Below are positions 51,656 through 61,327 of a stretch of DNA of 64,000 nt, piece after piece. How positions within the stretch are numbered: position 1 is the stretch's first letter; the number at the start of each line of letters is the position of its first letter. A program made the translations under genes and the position numbers. Under the pieces are notes generated by a model that searched no databases, was not told the DNA's origin, and worked only from the letters and a program-made list of their open reading frames with translations. Source of the DNA: Oscillospiraceae bacterium (lineage in GTDB: Bacteria > Bacillota > Clostridia > Oscillospirales > Ruminococcaceae); NCBI GenBank assembly GCA_017550355.1, contig JAFZPL010000128.1, forward strand, positions 24,516 through 88,515, given 5' to 3'.

Positions 51656-52306
51656 ATGTCTGATTTCGCTTGCTTCCTCGCGGGTATGGTACGGCTGCTC
51701 GCTCCGGGTGTACTGGTTTTGCTTTGGCACAAAAAGACCGGCGCAAGGCTCTATCCTGCGCTGCTCGCCTTTGCGGTTTGTCTGCCAGCGTTCATCGTCG
51801 GCTCTGCGATCCGTTCCGGATTCAGCCATGACGATGCAATTGCCTATTATATCAAGCAGGGCATTCTGTTCGGTATTGTGGAGGAGGGCACGAAATATCT
51901 GGTGCTCCGCTTTCTGCTTGCCGCGTATGACGACCGGAAGGATGCTGTTTCATACGGGATCGGCCACAGCGCCTATGAGCTGTTTGCGAGCGGTATCACC
52001 TGCATCGGTCTGATCGGTACGGGCAAGGCAGCCTCCGGTATTTTCGGAATTGCGCTCCTGTCGGTCATTGAGCATCCGCTCTGGACGGCTGCACTCACGG
52101 TGCTCATTTTCTACGGCATCCGCACGGAGAAAACAAAAATCATGCTGCCCGCTGCGATGCTGCTGCATGCAGTCTGCAATGCGTCGCAGGGCATTTTCAT
52201 CGAATCTGCAGCAAGGGCAATCAACCTCGTGCTGCTGGCCGGTAGGTGCTTTGCGGCATACCGGTGCTGGAAGGCAATGGAGGATCCCTACGCAATGAAA
52301 CTGTAA
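51656..52306 (+). CDS. YhfC-family intramembrane metalloprotease-like protein
   Basis: Polytopic membrane protein with VEEGTKY and GIGHSAYE motifs. Confidence 0.6.
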   Translation: MSDFACFLAGMVRLLAPGVLVLLWHKKTGARLYPALLAFAVCLPAFIVGSAIRSGFSHDDAIAYYIKQGILFGIVEEGTKYLVLRFLLAAYDDRKDAVSYGIGHSAYELFASGITCIGLIGTGKAASGIFGIALLSVIEHPLWTAALTVLIFYGIRTEKTKIMLPAAMLLHAVCNASQGIFIESAARAINLVLLAGRCFAAYRCWKAMEDPYAMKL

Positions 52307-52337
52307 TCTGCAATTCAAATACGGAGGTGCATTCCAA

Positions 52338-52949
52338 ATGGACAAAGAGCGGGAGCGTGCGCTGAAGCTGCTCAACAAAAACTGTGAGATCCTGCTGAAG
52401 CGGTACGCCAAGCAGTATCATCTGAAAAAGAAGCTGGACTGCCTCTATACGGAGAAAGACGGCATGATCTCGATTCTGGTACTGTATGTGAGCGAGGAGA
52501 AGGAGCAGCCGCGCCTCTATATGAAAAGATTCCTGAAGCCGGTCTGGCTCGATCAGCTGTTCTGGGATATTATGGATATCCCGCAGCCGAACTATGTGCC
52601 GCTTTCTTCGCATATCGTCGGCGCATTCAATGTTGACGGCGTGCTGATGGCGAAGGAGGATTTCGCTGTTCCGGATTATTCCGTGCCGGTAATGGAGCAC
52701 CTGATTGCGGCGGAGACGGAGAAATTCGCGGACGATCTGCCGCTCTGCACCGAAGAAGCATATTACGAAAAGCTGGATGCCGGCACAACGATGAAGCACG
52801 GCGACATGATGCGTGTGCTGAATGCGATCCACCGCGGCGATATCAAGCGGGCGCGGAATCTGCTGGCAAAACGCTCGCTGACACCTTTTTCCGGCGGCAC
52901 GGACAATTTCAAAAAGCAGGCACTCAGATGGCTTGACAAGAATACCTGA
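52338..52949 (+). CDS. Hypothetical cytoplasmic protein (203 aa)
   Basis: Clean ORF with RBS GGAGG upstream. No recognisable motif. Confidence 0.65.
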   Translation: MDKERERALKLLNKNCEILLKRYAKQYHLKKKLDCLYTEKDGMISILVLYVSEEKEQPRLYMKRFLKPVWLDQLFWDIMDIPQPNYVPLSSHIVGAFNVDGVLMAKEDFAVPDYSVPVMEHLIAAETEKFADDLPLCTEEAYYEKLDAGTTMKHGDMMRVLNAIHRGDIKRARNLLAKRSLTPFSGGTDNFKKQALRWLDKNT

Positions 52950-52967
52950 AATAAAGGATGGATACAC

Positions 52968-53483
52968 ATGGCAAACAAAGCATTGCTCGTGATGGAGATG
53001 CAGACGGATTATTTCCGCGAGAGACGCATCGCGAAATTTACATACGATACGGATAAGCTGGTCGCTGCGGTCAATGCCGCGGTCGACAAATACGCGGCAG
53101 AGGGCTGGGATATCGTCTATCTGCGGCAGATCTTCCCGGATACGACCTCAAACCGCATCATTTTCGGCTTCAATATCGAAAAGACGGAGGGCGCAGAGCT
53201 CTGGAACGGGCTGCATGTTGTGTCGGAGCATATCCTCAACAAAAACATCGCGGATCTCTTTGCGGACGAAAAGCTCCGCGCATTTTTCACGGCGCAGGGC
53301 TACACGGAATATCTGCTCTGCGGGCTGGATGAATGCGGCTCTGTTTCGGCGACGGCGCTGGGCGCGAAGAATGCCGGCGCGGACGTAAAGATCCTGCGGG
53401 ATGCGACCGGCACGCGCTTCGATACGCGCAAGATCAATGAGACACGCGCAAAGATGAAGATGAACGGGATCGAATACGCGTGA
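52968..53483 (+). CDS. Isochorismatase-family cysteine hydrolase
   Basis: KALLVMEMQTDYF near the N-terminus and LLCGLDECGSVSATALGA (catalytic Cys region). Confidence 0.75.
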   Translation: MANKALLVMEMQTDYFRERRIAKFTYDTDKLVAAVNAAVDKYAAEGWDIVYLRQIFPDTTSNRIIFGFNIEKTEGAELWNGLHVVSEHILNKNIADLFADEKLRAFFTAQGYTEYLLCGLDECGSVSATALGAKNAGADVKILRDATGTRFDTRKINETRAKMKMNGIEYA

Positions 53484-53520
53484 AATTGAAATGAAGTAGA
53501 AAGCAGTAAGGAGTAAGCAG

Positions 53521-53550
53521 AAAGGAAGGCGAACGGATACGCTTTCCTTT
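53521..53550 (+). terminator. Terminator-like hairpin after isochorismatase gene
   Basis: aaaggaaggcg pairs with cgctttccttt (11 bp, one G-U, 8-nt loop), followed by GTGTTTGG. Confidence 0.5.
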
Positions 53551-53567
53551 GTGTTTGGGGGTGAACA

Positions 53568-54518
53568 GTGTTGAATCAAAAACCGACTGTGCTCGCGGTC
53601 GTGGGTGCAACGGCATCGGGCAAGACGGCGCTCGGCGCGGAAATTGCGGTGCGGCTCGGCGGAGAAGTCATTTCCGGCGATTCCATGCAGATCTATCAGG
53701 GGCTGGATATCGCGACGGCAAAACCGACCGCCGAAGAAATGCGCGGCATTCCGCATCATCTGATCTCGGTGCTGCCGCCCGACCATGCATGCTCTGTGGC
53801 GGAATATGTGGAGATGGCGCGTGCAAAGATCGCAGAGGTGCAGTCCCGCGGCAAGCTGCCCGTGATCGTCGGCGGAACGGGGCTCTATATCGACTCGCTG
53901 CTCGACAATATCCAGTTTCCGGATATTCCTGCGGACGATGCGCTCCGCGAACGGCTGAACCGGGAGGCGGAAACACTCGGACGGACAGCCATGCTTGAAC
54001 GGCTCCGCGCATGTGATCCGGAGACTGCCGCCAACCTGCACGAGAACAATCTCCGGCGCATTGTACGCGCCCTTGAGGTATGGGAGCTGACGGGCATCCC
54101 CCTCTCCGAGCATGCCAGACGCAGCCGTGCCGTTCCCCCGCCCTGGAATGCAGTGCGCATCGGCATCTGCTTCGACGACCGGGAAAAGCAGTATGCCCGC
54201 ATCCGGCAGCGCGTGGACATGATGATGGAGATGGGATTGCTTGATGAGGTGCGCGCCGAATATGAAAGCGGCACGCGCCGTGCGACGGCGGCAATGGCGA
54301 TCGGCTACAAGGAACTGATTCCCTACCTGGAGGGACATGCAGATCTGGACAGCTGTCTTGCGGCAATCAAACAGGAAACCTGCCGGTATGCGAAGCGACA
54401 GGGAACATGGTTTCGGCGAAATGAGCAAATATACTGGGTACACCGTGACGGAATGGGGCAAACCGCCGAAATTTTTGCAAAATTGCAAAATGACCTTTTT
54501 CAATCAATCATTTTGTGA
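53568..54518 (+). CDS. miaA: tRNA dimethylallyltransferase
   Basis: P-loop VVGATASGKTALG, ISGDSMQIYQGLDIATAKPT, YAKRQGTWFR. GTG or TTG start. Confidence 0.9.
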   Translation: MLNQKPTVLAVVGATASGKTALGAEIAVRLGGEVISGDSMQIYQGLDIATAKPTAEEMRGIPHHLISVLPPDHACSVAEYVEMARAKIAEVQSRGKLPVIVGGTGLYIDSLLDNIQFPDIPADDALRERLNREAETLGRTAMLERLRACDPETAANLHENNLRRIVRALEVWELTGIPLSEHARRSRAVPPPWNAVRIGICFDDREKQYARIRQRVDMMMEMGLLDEVRAEYESGTRRATAAMAIGYKELIPYLEGHADLDSCLAAIKQETCRYAKRQGTWFRRNEQIYWVHRDGMGQTAEIFAKLQNDLFQSIIL

Positions 54519-54611
54519 TATAATAATGCTGTGTACTTGTCGGCTTGTGAGATTCTGATCGGCAGGTACACGAATATTTTCTAAATAAACCAAGAAATGA
54601 GGCAATGAACA

Positions 54612-54866
54612 ATGACCAACAAAGGTTTGAATCTGCAGGATGTTTTTCTGAACCAGGCGAGAAAGGATCGTCTGCCGCTGACCATCTTCCTGACGAACGG
54701 CTATCAGTTCAAGGGTATTATCCGCGGCTTCGATCAGTTTATCGTGATCCTGGAGACGGAGGGCAGACAGCAGCTGGTCTATAAGCACGCGATCTCCACG
54801 ATCGTGCCGGCAAGACCGATCTCCATTCTGGATGCAATGGAGCAGAGAGAGGACGCTGACCAGTAA
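54612..54866 (+). CDS. hfq: RNA chaperone Hfq
   Basis: Sm1/Sm2: [40 protein letters not shown]...[12 protein letters not shown]. It is downstream of miaA, as in many bacteria. Confidence 0.95.
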   Translation: MTNKGLNLQDVFLNQARKDRLPLTIFLTNGYQFKGIIRGFDQFIVILETEGRQQLVYKHAISTIVPARPISILDAMEQREDADQ

Positions 54867-54869
54867 TCC

Positions 54870-56123
54870 ATGAATGAGATCACAACGCGAATCCTGCGGC
54901 TGCTCTTGCTGATATTCGCTGTTGTGCTGGCATCCAGTATATTCTATCATTTGTTCTTTCAGGGCTATGAGACCGAAAATGCGATGTATTACGAGGTTCG
55001 TGATGTCGCTGCATTTCAGGGCGTATATGTCCGGGACGAGCACGTACAGGAATACCGTGGAACAGGCGCGGTCCGCTACTGTGTGGATGACGGCGCAAAG
55101 CTCGGTATCGGCAGCGTGATCGCGGAGGTTTACGCCAACGGCGAACAGATCGACCTGAGAAAGCGCATTGCTGCGCGGCAGGAAGAACTTGAAGCGCTGC
55201 AGAAGGTCGAAAACCCCGGCACCAGCGAAAGCGCACAGCCGGTTGCACTGGCTGCGCTGATCAAGGAACAGTATAAGAACCTGATCCGCAGACGGGAGGA
55301 AAATCTGTTTTCCCAGATGGCGGACAGCAAGCGTGAACTGACAACGCTGCTGAGTACATACGATAAGATCACCGATCCCGCAGTGGACTATTCCGCAAGG
55401 ATCCGTTCGCTTGAAAGCGAGATCGCGGAGCTTTCTGCCCGTCTGACCGAACCGGTCGAGACGATCACAGCAAAGGAGAGCGCTTATTTCGTCAGCTATG
55501 TGGACGGCTATGAGCCACAGCTGACGGTCAAGGGCATCCCCGACCTCACGCCGGATTTCCTTGCGACCGTGACCGATGACGTTGCGGAGCACAGCACGGA
55601 GAACGGCGCGATCGGCAAGCTGGTGGAAAGCTATGCGTGGTATATCGTGGGTGTATTCGACAACACCAAGACCGGGCTTTCGGACGGCGACACGGCGAAT
55701 ATGCGGCTGGAATCCGCCGCCGGTACGATCAAGGTGCAGGCAGAAAAGCTCACCCAGATCGAAGGCAAGGAGAAAACACTCGGCGTCTTCCGCTGCGAGC
55801 AGATGTCCTACGATACGGTGCAGCACCGCACAGAGCGCGTGGAGCTTCTCCGCGATGCGATCAAGGGTGTTCGTGTACCGCGCAGCGCCATCCGCTTCAA
55901 GACGGTGGAAGAAACGGTTGTCAAGGAGGACGGCACGACCTATACGCAGGATGTGAGACAGATGGGCGTGTACGTTCTGGTCGGCGAAACGGCGGAATTC
56001 CGCAAGCTGAAGGTGCTCCATCAGGAGGATGAGTTCTACATCTCCGATATGGATGCCGGCAGCGGATATGTCGCGCTCTACGACGAGATCATCGTGAAGG
56101 GAGTGAAGGCAGATGAGGAATGA
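54870..56123 (+). CDS. HlyD-family membrane-fusion-like protein
   Basis: N-terminal TM, a lipoyl-like hairpin (VDDGAKLGIGSVIAEVY), a coiled coil, and a C-terminal beta-barrel-like part (GVYVLVGETAEFRKLKV). Confidence 0.55.
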   Translation: MNEITTRILRLLLLIFAVVLASSIFYHLFFQGYETENAMYYEVRDVAAFQGVYVRDEHVQEYRGTGAVRYCVDDGAKLGIGSVIAEVYANGEQIDLRKRIAARQEELEALQKVENPGTSESAQPVALAALIKEQYKNLIRRREENLFSQMADSKRELTTLLSTYDKITDPAVDYSARIRSLESEIAELSARLTEPVETITAKESAYFVSYVDGYEPQLTVKGIPDLTPDFLATVTDDVAEHSTENGAIGKLVESYAWYIVGVFDNTKTGLSDGDTANMRLESAAGTIKVQAEKLTQIEGKEKTLGVFRCEQMSYDTVQHRTERVELLRDAIKGVRVPRSAIRFKTVEETVVKEDGTTYTQDVRQMGVYVLVGETAEFRKLKVLHQEDEFYISDMDAGSGYVALYDEIIVKGVKADEE

Positions 56124-56841
56124 CGCAACTATGAATGAACAGCAGAAGGCGGTGTGTGAACGGCTCGAAACGATCCGCGCAAACATCGCAGCAGCGTGCA
56201 GACAGGCAGGGAGAACGCCTGATTCCGTCTCGCTGATGGCGGTCACGAAGACCGTCGATCCCCTGCTCATCAATACGGCATGCGATGAAGGCGTGCTGCT
56301 GCTCGGCGAAAACCGCGTGCAGGAATTCCTGTCCAAGCGCGAGGCATACCGCCCCGAAGCAAGCGTGCAGTTCATCGGACATCTGCAAACAAATAAAGTA
56401 AAACAGATCATCGACAAGGTTTCGATGATCCAGTCCGTGGACAGCCTGCATCTGGCTGCGGAGATCCATAAACAGGCTGAAAAATGCGGCATCGTTATGC
56501 CGATCCTGCTGGAAGTGAACATCGGCGGTGAGGAGAGCAAATCCGGCGTTTCTCCGGACGAGCTCCCGCAGCTCACGGAGGATGTGCTCAAGCTCACGGG
56601 CGTGAAGCTCTGCGGGCTGATGACCATTCCCCCGCCCGCGCCGGAGGTTTCCGCACAGGATGCGGTCTTTGAGAAGATGCAGGCGCTGTTTGAGAAAATG
56701 CAGTCTGTATGCAGGATGGACACGCTCTCGATGGGCATGTCCGGGGACTATGAATCCGCAGTCCGGCACGGCGCAACGGTGGTACGCATCGGCAGCGCAC
56801 TGTTCGGTGCGAGATACTATCCCCCGAAAAAGGAACAGTAA
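56113..56841 (+). CDS. yggS: YggS/YlmE-family pyridoxal-phosphate homeostasis protein
   Basis: LMAVTKT (PLP Lys), FIGHLQTNKVK, LSMGMSGDYESAVRHGATVVRIGSALFG. ATG 56131 is an alternative start. Confidence 0.9.
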   Translation: MRNDATMNEQQKAVCERLETIRANIAAACRQAGRTPDSVSLMAVTKTVDPLLINTACDEGVLLLGENRVQEFLSKREAYRPEASVQFIGHLQTNKVKQIIDKVSMIQSVDSLHLAAEIHKQAEKCGIVMPILLEVNIGGEESKSGVSPDELPQLTEDVLKLTGVKLCGLMTIPPPAPEVSAQDAVFEKMQALFEKMQSVCRMDTLSMGMSGDYESAVRHGATVVRIGSALFGARYYPPKKEQ

Positions 56842-56891
56842 CGCCAAAAGGCGTAAAAAATGTGAATCAATTGAAAGAAGGAGCGAGCCAA

Positions 56892-57515
56892 ATGAAAATT
56901 TTCGATACGATCCGTGACTTTATCGCACCGCAGGAAGACGATTCCTACGACAGCGAGCCGATCCGCGGCGAATCGCAGCGCAGAAGCGAAATGCGCGAAC
57001 CCAGAGAACCGCGTGAGCCCAGAGAAATGCGCGAATCCTCTATCCGCGAGACCAGAAGCCCGCGTGAATCCATCCGCGAGAGCAGCAGAGAGCCGCACGA
57101 GTCCTTCCGCGAGCGCGAGCAGGCAGATCCGCTGCGCCGTGAGCCCGCAGCCGCTCCCTACCGCGGCAGAGGCGCTGCTGAGGAGGAGAGCCGTCAGCCG
57201 AACGGCAGAAACAAGGTTGTGAACATCCAGGCGACGGCACAGCTCCAGGTTGTGCTGGTCAAGCCGGAGGTCTTCACCGATGCAAAGCAGATCGCAGATC
57301 ACCTGATTGCGAAGAAGACCGTCGTGCTGAACCTTGAGACCGCTTCCGCTGAGAACAAGCGCCGCATCATCGACTTCCTCGTCGGCGTTGCATACGCAAA
57401 CGGCGGCAGCCTCAAGCCCGTCGCAAATCTTACATACATCATCACGCCCTACAATGTCGGCTTCATCGGCGAGGATCTCGTCAATGAGCTTGAAAACACC
57501 GGCGTTATCATGTAA
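56892..57515 (+). CDS. sepF: Cell division protein SepF
   Basis: ATG 56892 is 8 nt after GAAGGAG. Disordered R/E/P repeat region, then the conserved C-domain VVLVKPEVFTDAKQIADHLIAKKTVVLNLE...RRIIDFLVG. Confidence 0.9.
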   Translation: MKIFDTIRDFIAPQEDDSYDSEPIRGESQRRSEMREPREPREPREMRESSIRETRSPRESIRESSREPHESFREREQADPLRREPAAAPYRGRGAAEEESRQPNGRNKVVNIQATAQLQVVLVKPEVFTDAKQIADHLIAKKTVVLNLETASAENKRRIIDFLVGVAYANGGSLKPVANLTYIITPYNVGFIGEDLVNELENTGVIM

Positions 57516-57646
57516 TATCAGCTACGCCTGCTATGCTTTTTTGAGCTGTCAGGCGTGCTTTGCGCAATATACCTGAAATAGGAAGACTGCTCCGATTTGG
57601 GAGACAGTCCCGGCACAGACCTGTGGGAAGGAAAGGAGTGCAGGCT

Positions 57647-58528
57647 ATGATCACCGCAAAGGACATTCACCGCAAGAAATTTGAACAAGTGAAATTTGGA
57701 TACAATCCGGAGGAAGTTGAAGGCTTCATGGCAGATCTGGAGCGCGATTTCCGCCTGATGGAACAGCAGCTCTCGGATTCCAACGACAAGGTACAGCTTC
57801 TGGCTGACAAGGTCCGCGAATACAAGGAGACGGAGGACGATCTCCGCAATGCCCTCGTGGGCGCACAGAAACAGGCACGCGAAGTGATCGAGGCGGCAAA
57901 GACAAGAGCCGCACAGATCGAAGCGGACGCCAAAAAGCGCGGCGACTCCGTGAAGGCGGAGGCAATCGTCGGACAGGAGGAACAGCTTCAGACGCTCGAA
58001 GCGGAAATCGCGGAGAAGAAGAAGGAGCTTGCCGCTCTTGCTGAGCAGGCGAAGGAGTTCCGCCAGTCGCTGCTCAATTCCTATAAGACACATCTCAAGC
58101 TGATCGCGCAGATTCCGAGCGCACCGGTTTCTGTGGATATCGCGGAGACGGCGCCGAAGACCGATGCGGCTGCACCGGAAAAGGCAGAGCCCGCAAAGGC
58201 AGAAGCACCCGCAGCGCCGGCTGCTGTTGAACCGGTCAAGCCCGTGGAGCCTGTGAAGCCCGTGGAACCCGTTCAGCCTGCTGCGGCGGCACCGGTGGTT
58301 CCGAAGGAGCCCGTGAAGCCGGCAGATATCACGGCACCCGCTGAGCCGGAAGAACCGGCACCTGCAGAAACGCAGTCCGAGAAAGCGGATACGGCAGAGG
58401 AAGCGAATGCACGGCAGAGCAGCGCAATCATCAACGATCCCTTTGCTGTGGAGGATGCGGAAAAGCTGCGCCAGAATGATGTGCAGTTCGGCAGCCGCCG
58501 TGACGACAACAAGCGCAGACGGCGCTAA
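57647..58528 (+). CDS. divIVA: DivIVA-family cell division/polarity protein
   Basis: The N-terminus MITAKDIHRKKFEQVKFGYNPEEVEGFM is the DivIVA lipid-binding domain, followed by a coiled coil and a P/A/E/K-rich tail. RBS GAAAGGAG. Confidence 0.9.
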   Translation: MITAKDIHRKKFEQVKFGYNPEEVEGFMADLERDFRLMEQQLSDSNDKVQLLADKVREYKETEDDLRNALVGAQKQAREVIEAAKTRAAQIEADAKKRGDSVKAEAIVGQEEQLQTLEAEIAEKKKELAALAEQAKEFRQSLLNSYKTHLKLIAQIPSAPVSVDIAETAPKTDAAAPEKAEPAKAEAPAAPAAVEPVKPVEPVKPVEPVQPAAAAPVVPKEPVKPADITAPAEPEEPAPAETQSEKADTAEEANARQSSAIINDPFAVEDAEKLRQNDVQFGSRRDDNKRRRR

Positions 58529-58541
58529 GAATAAACGTGAC

Positions 58542-58582
58542 GGAACCTGCACTGCATTGGCATGATGCAGGTTCCTTTGTTA
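58542..58582 (+). terminator. Terminator after divIVA
   Basis: ggaacctgca pairs with tgcaggttcc (10 bp), followed by TTTGTT. Confidence 0.65.
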
Positions 58583-58606
58583 TATCGGAAAGGAGCTTGA
58601 CAGAGC

Positions 58607-59281
58607 GTGGCTCTCTATCTTATCATCTATGCGGCGATTGCACTGCTCGTCGTTGCCGACCAGCTTATCAAGGTCTGGGCGGTCAACAATCTGATCGAAC
58701 AGGGCAGCATTCCGTTCCTGAAAATCTTCGGTGTTGACTGGATGCATCTGACCTATGTGGAAAACCGCGGCGCGGCATTCAGCATGCTGAGCGGTTCGCG
58801 CGGGTTCCTGATCGTGTTCCCGATCGTGATGGTCGGCGCCTGCCTTTATATCATGCACCGGCGCGGCAAGCGGCATCGCTGGCTTTATCTTGCGCTCCCG
58901 CTGATCGTGGCGGGCGGCATCGGCAATCTGATTGACCGGATCTTCCGGGACGGTGCCGTTGTGGATTATTTGGATTTTCAGCTTGCAAAATTCGCGGTGT
59001 TCAATTTTGCGGACTGCTGTGTGACCGTCGGCGTGATCATCATGATTTTCTGCATAATCTTTGTGGAAAAGGAAGAGAAAGAAGCGAAAACACTGAAAAA
59101 AGCCGAGCGTCAGCCGTATGCGCATACTTATGAAGAAGTCGGCGAACTGCCGGAGGCGGGAGAACTCCCCGAAGCGGAAGAACTGCCTGTTGCGGAGCTC
59201 CTCGAAAATCCAGAGAGCGCAGAAGCTGCGGAAAATACTGTGAGTACCGCGCTGCTGCCGGAGATTGCAGATGCCAAGTGA
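58607..59281 (+). CDS. lspA: Lipoprotein signal peptidase II with ~60-aa acidic C-terminal extension
   Basis: VENRGAAFSML, GNLIDRIFRDGAVVDYLDF, FNFADCCVTVG. GTG start. The tail carries GELPEAGELPEAEELPVAE repeats. Confidence 0.9.
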   Translation: MALYLIIYAAIALLVVADQLIKVWAVNNLIEQGSIPFLKIFGVDWMHLTYVENRGAAFSMLSGSRGFLIVFPIVMVGACLYIMHRRGKRHRWLYLALPLIVAGGIGNLIDRIFRDGAVVDYLDFQLAKFAVFNFADCCVTVGVIIMIFCIIFVEKEEKEAKTLKKAERQPYAHTYEEVGELPEAGELPEAEELPVAELLENPESAEAAENTVSTALLPEIADAK

Positions 59282-60188
59282 GATGCTGAACTTCACCGCG
59301 CCGCCGGAGGATGCGGGCAAGCGGCTCGATGCATGGATCGCCGCACAGCCGGAGCTCGAACTGACACGCTCGGCGGTGCAGCAGCTGATGGAACAGGGGA
59401 ATATCCTGTTTGCGGGTAAGCCTGCGAAGAAGAACGACCGTATCAAGGGCGGCGAGACGATTTCCGTTGAACTGCCGGAACCGACCGCGCTGGAAGCGCT
59501 GCCGCAGGAGATCCCGCTGGACATTGTCTATGAGGATGTGGAACTGCTTGTCGTCAACAAAGCGAAGGGCATGGTCGTGCATCCCGCGCCGGGACATCCG
59601 GACGGGACGCTCGTCAATGCTCTGCTCTGGCACTGTGCAGGACAGCTTTCGGGCATCAACGGTGTGATCCGGCCGGGCATCGTTCACCGTATCGACCGCG
59701 ACACGAGCGGTCTGCTGATCGTCGCCAAGACCGACCGCGCCCATCTGGGGCTTGCGGAACAGATCGCTGTGCATTCGTTCACGCGGGAATATGAGGCTGT
59801 CGCGTGCGGGAGATTCCGTGATGAGACGGGAACAGTGCATGCGCCGATCGGCCGCGATCCGAACAACCGGCAGAGAATGTGCGTGACCGAGAAAAACGCC
59901 AAGGACGCCGTCACGCATTACGAAGTGCTGACGCAGTACGAGAAATACGCGCATATCCGGTGCCGTCTGGAAACGGGACGCACCCACCAGATCCGCGTCC
60001 ATATGAAATATATCGGGCATCCGATTTTCGGCGATCCGGTGTACGGCAAAACGGAGGCTTGCATTGAGGGACAGTGTCTCCATGCGAAGAAAATCGGCTT
60101 TGTGCATCCGGTGACGGGGGAATATCTTGAATTTGACAGCGAACTCCCCGCTTATTTTCTGGATGTGCTGCGGCGTGTCGGGAGATAA
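59265..60188 (+). CDS. rluD: 23S rRNA pseudouridine synthase, RluD subfamily
   Basis: N-terminal S4-like part. HRIDRDTSGLLIVAKTD, GRTHQIRVHMKYIGHPIFGDPVYG. It follows lspA, as is typical. Confidence 0.9.
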   Translation: MQMPSEMLNFTAPPEDAGKRLDAWIAAQPELELTRSAVQQLMEQGNILFAGKPAKKNDRIKGGETISVELPEPTALEALPQEIPLDIVYEDVELLVVNKAKGMVVHPAPGHPDGTLVNALLWHCAGQLSGINGVIRPGIVHRIDRDTSGLLIVAKTDRAHLGLAEQIAVHSFTREYEAVACGRFRDETGTVHAPIGRDPNNRQRMCVTEKNAKDAVTHYEVLTQYEKYAHIRCRLETGRTHQIRVHMKYIGHPIFGDPVYGKTEACIEGQCLHAKKIGFVHPVTGEYLEFDSELPAYFLDVLRRVGR

Positions 60189-60218
60189 AGCTGTCCGGAG
60201 GGCAGAAGGAGAGTTTGC

Positions 60219-61235
60219 ATGAAAAATATCTGCGCCTTTGTGCTGACCGCGTTTGCGGCAATGCTTACGGTGTCCTGCGCATCGGATTCCGGCACAGCGG
60301 AGAAGTCTGTTCCTGCGGAAACGACCGTTTCGACTTCGGAAACCGCCATACAGACGGTAGAAACGACCGTGCTGACCACAGCAGAGACGACCGTTTCATC
60401 GGCAGCTTCCACAACAGTTTCGACTGCGCTGCAGACCGCGGAAACATCTGCCGTGACCTCGAAAACGACGGTCACAGCGCCGCAGCTCCAGCGGGAGGAT
60501 CTTGCGCGGTATGCCGATCCGGACACCTATGCCGGAATGGATTTCTATTATTCAGAACGCGAACTGCTGGAGATGCCGGATATTCCGGATCCGCAGACCG
60601 ATGAAGACTATGCGGAGATCGCGGAAACGCTCTTTCAGAACATGCATCGGCTCTGTGACTACATTCTGCAAATTCATGCAGACCGCTACGACCTGAACGA
60701 CACGCTGTGCTTCGGCGGAAAAGCATCTCCGTTCTATTTTATGCGCGTGGATGATCCGCATTATCAGACGGTCCCGGATCTTCACGCATTTCTGGGCAAG
60801 GTGTACTCGAAACGGTACATGATGAACCAGACGCTGCAAAGTACAGGGCTGCCGTTTGTCATTCCCGGGCAGAACGGCGAGCTGGATCAGCTGGAACAGG
60901 GCGATCTGCTCACGGAGGAGACGGACTGTATGAAATACCGATTTATCTCCTATCGCGGCAAGCTGTACCGGCAATATGATTCACATGTTATGATCCCCTA
61001 TTATTTTGAGGAGAATGCGCGGGTGCAGGATATGCCGATTATCACGGATGAAAAGACGGCGGATTCGTTTCTTGCGTATGTGCCGTATTACATGGCAAAT
61101 TCCGAGCACAAGAAGATTCCGTCCTATCTTTGTATGACGGTTGTGCGCGAATCGGGATGGCGGATCGACAGGATCGAGACAGACAAAGGTACGCGGTATC
61201 GGGAGCTTGCGGCACAAAGCCGGACGGGATCATAA
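60219..61235 (+). CDS. Lipoprotein of unknown function
   Basis: Signal peptide with lipobox LTVSCAS, a T/S/A-rich linker, then a ~230-aa globular domain. Confidence 0.75.
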   Translation: MKNICAFVLTAFAAMLTVSCASDSGTAEKSVPAETTVSTSETAIQTVETTVLTTAETTVSSAASTTVSTALQTAETSAVTSKTTVTAPQLQREDLARYADPDTYAGMDFYYSERELLEMPDIPDPQTDEDYAEIAETLFQNMHRLCDYILQIHADRYDLNDTLCFGGKASPFYFMRVDDPHYQTVPDLHAFLGKVYSKRYMMNQTLQSTGLPFVIPGQNGELDQLEQGDLLTEETDCMKYRFISYRGKLYRQYDSHVMIPYYFEENARVQDMPIITDEKTADSFLAYVPYYMANSEHKKIPSYLCMTVVRESGWRIDRIETDKGTRYRELAAQSRTGS

Positions 61236-61327
61236 AGAATGAGAAATGTGAAGTGTGAAATGAGGAAATGTTATGTCGCTGCGCGACGATCATTTCTCGT
61301 TATTATCCATAGAAAGGGAGAATTTGC

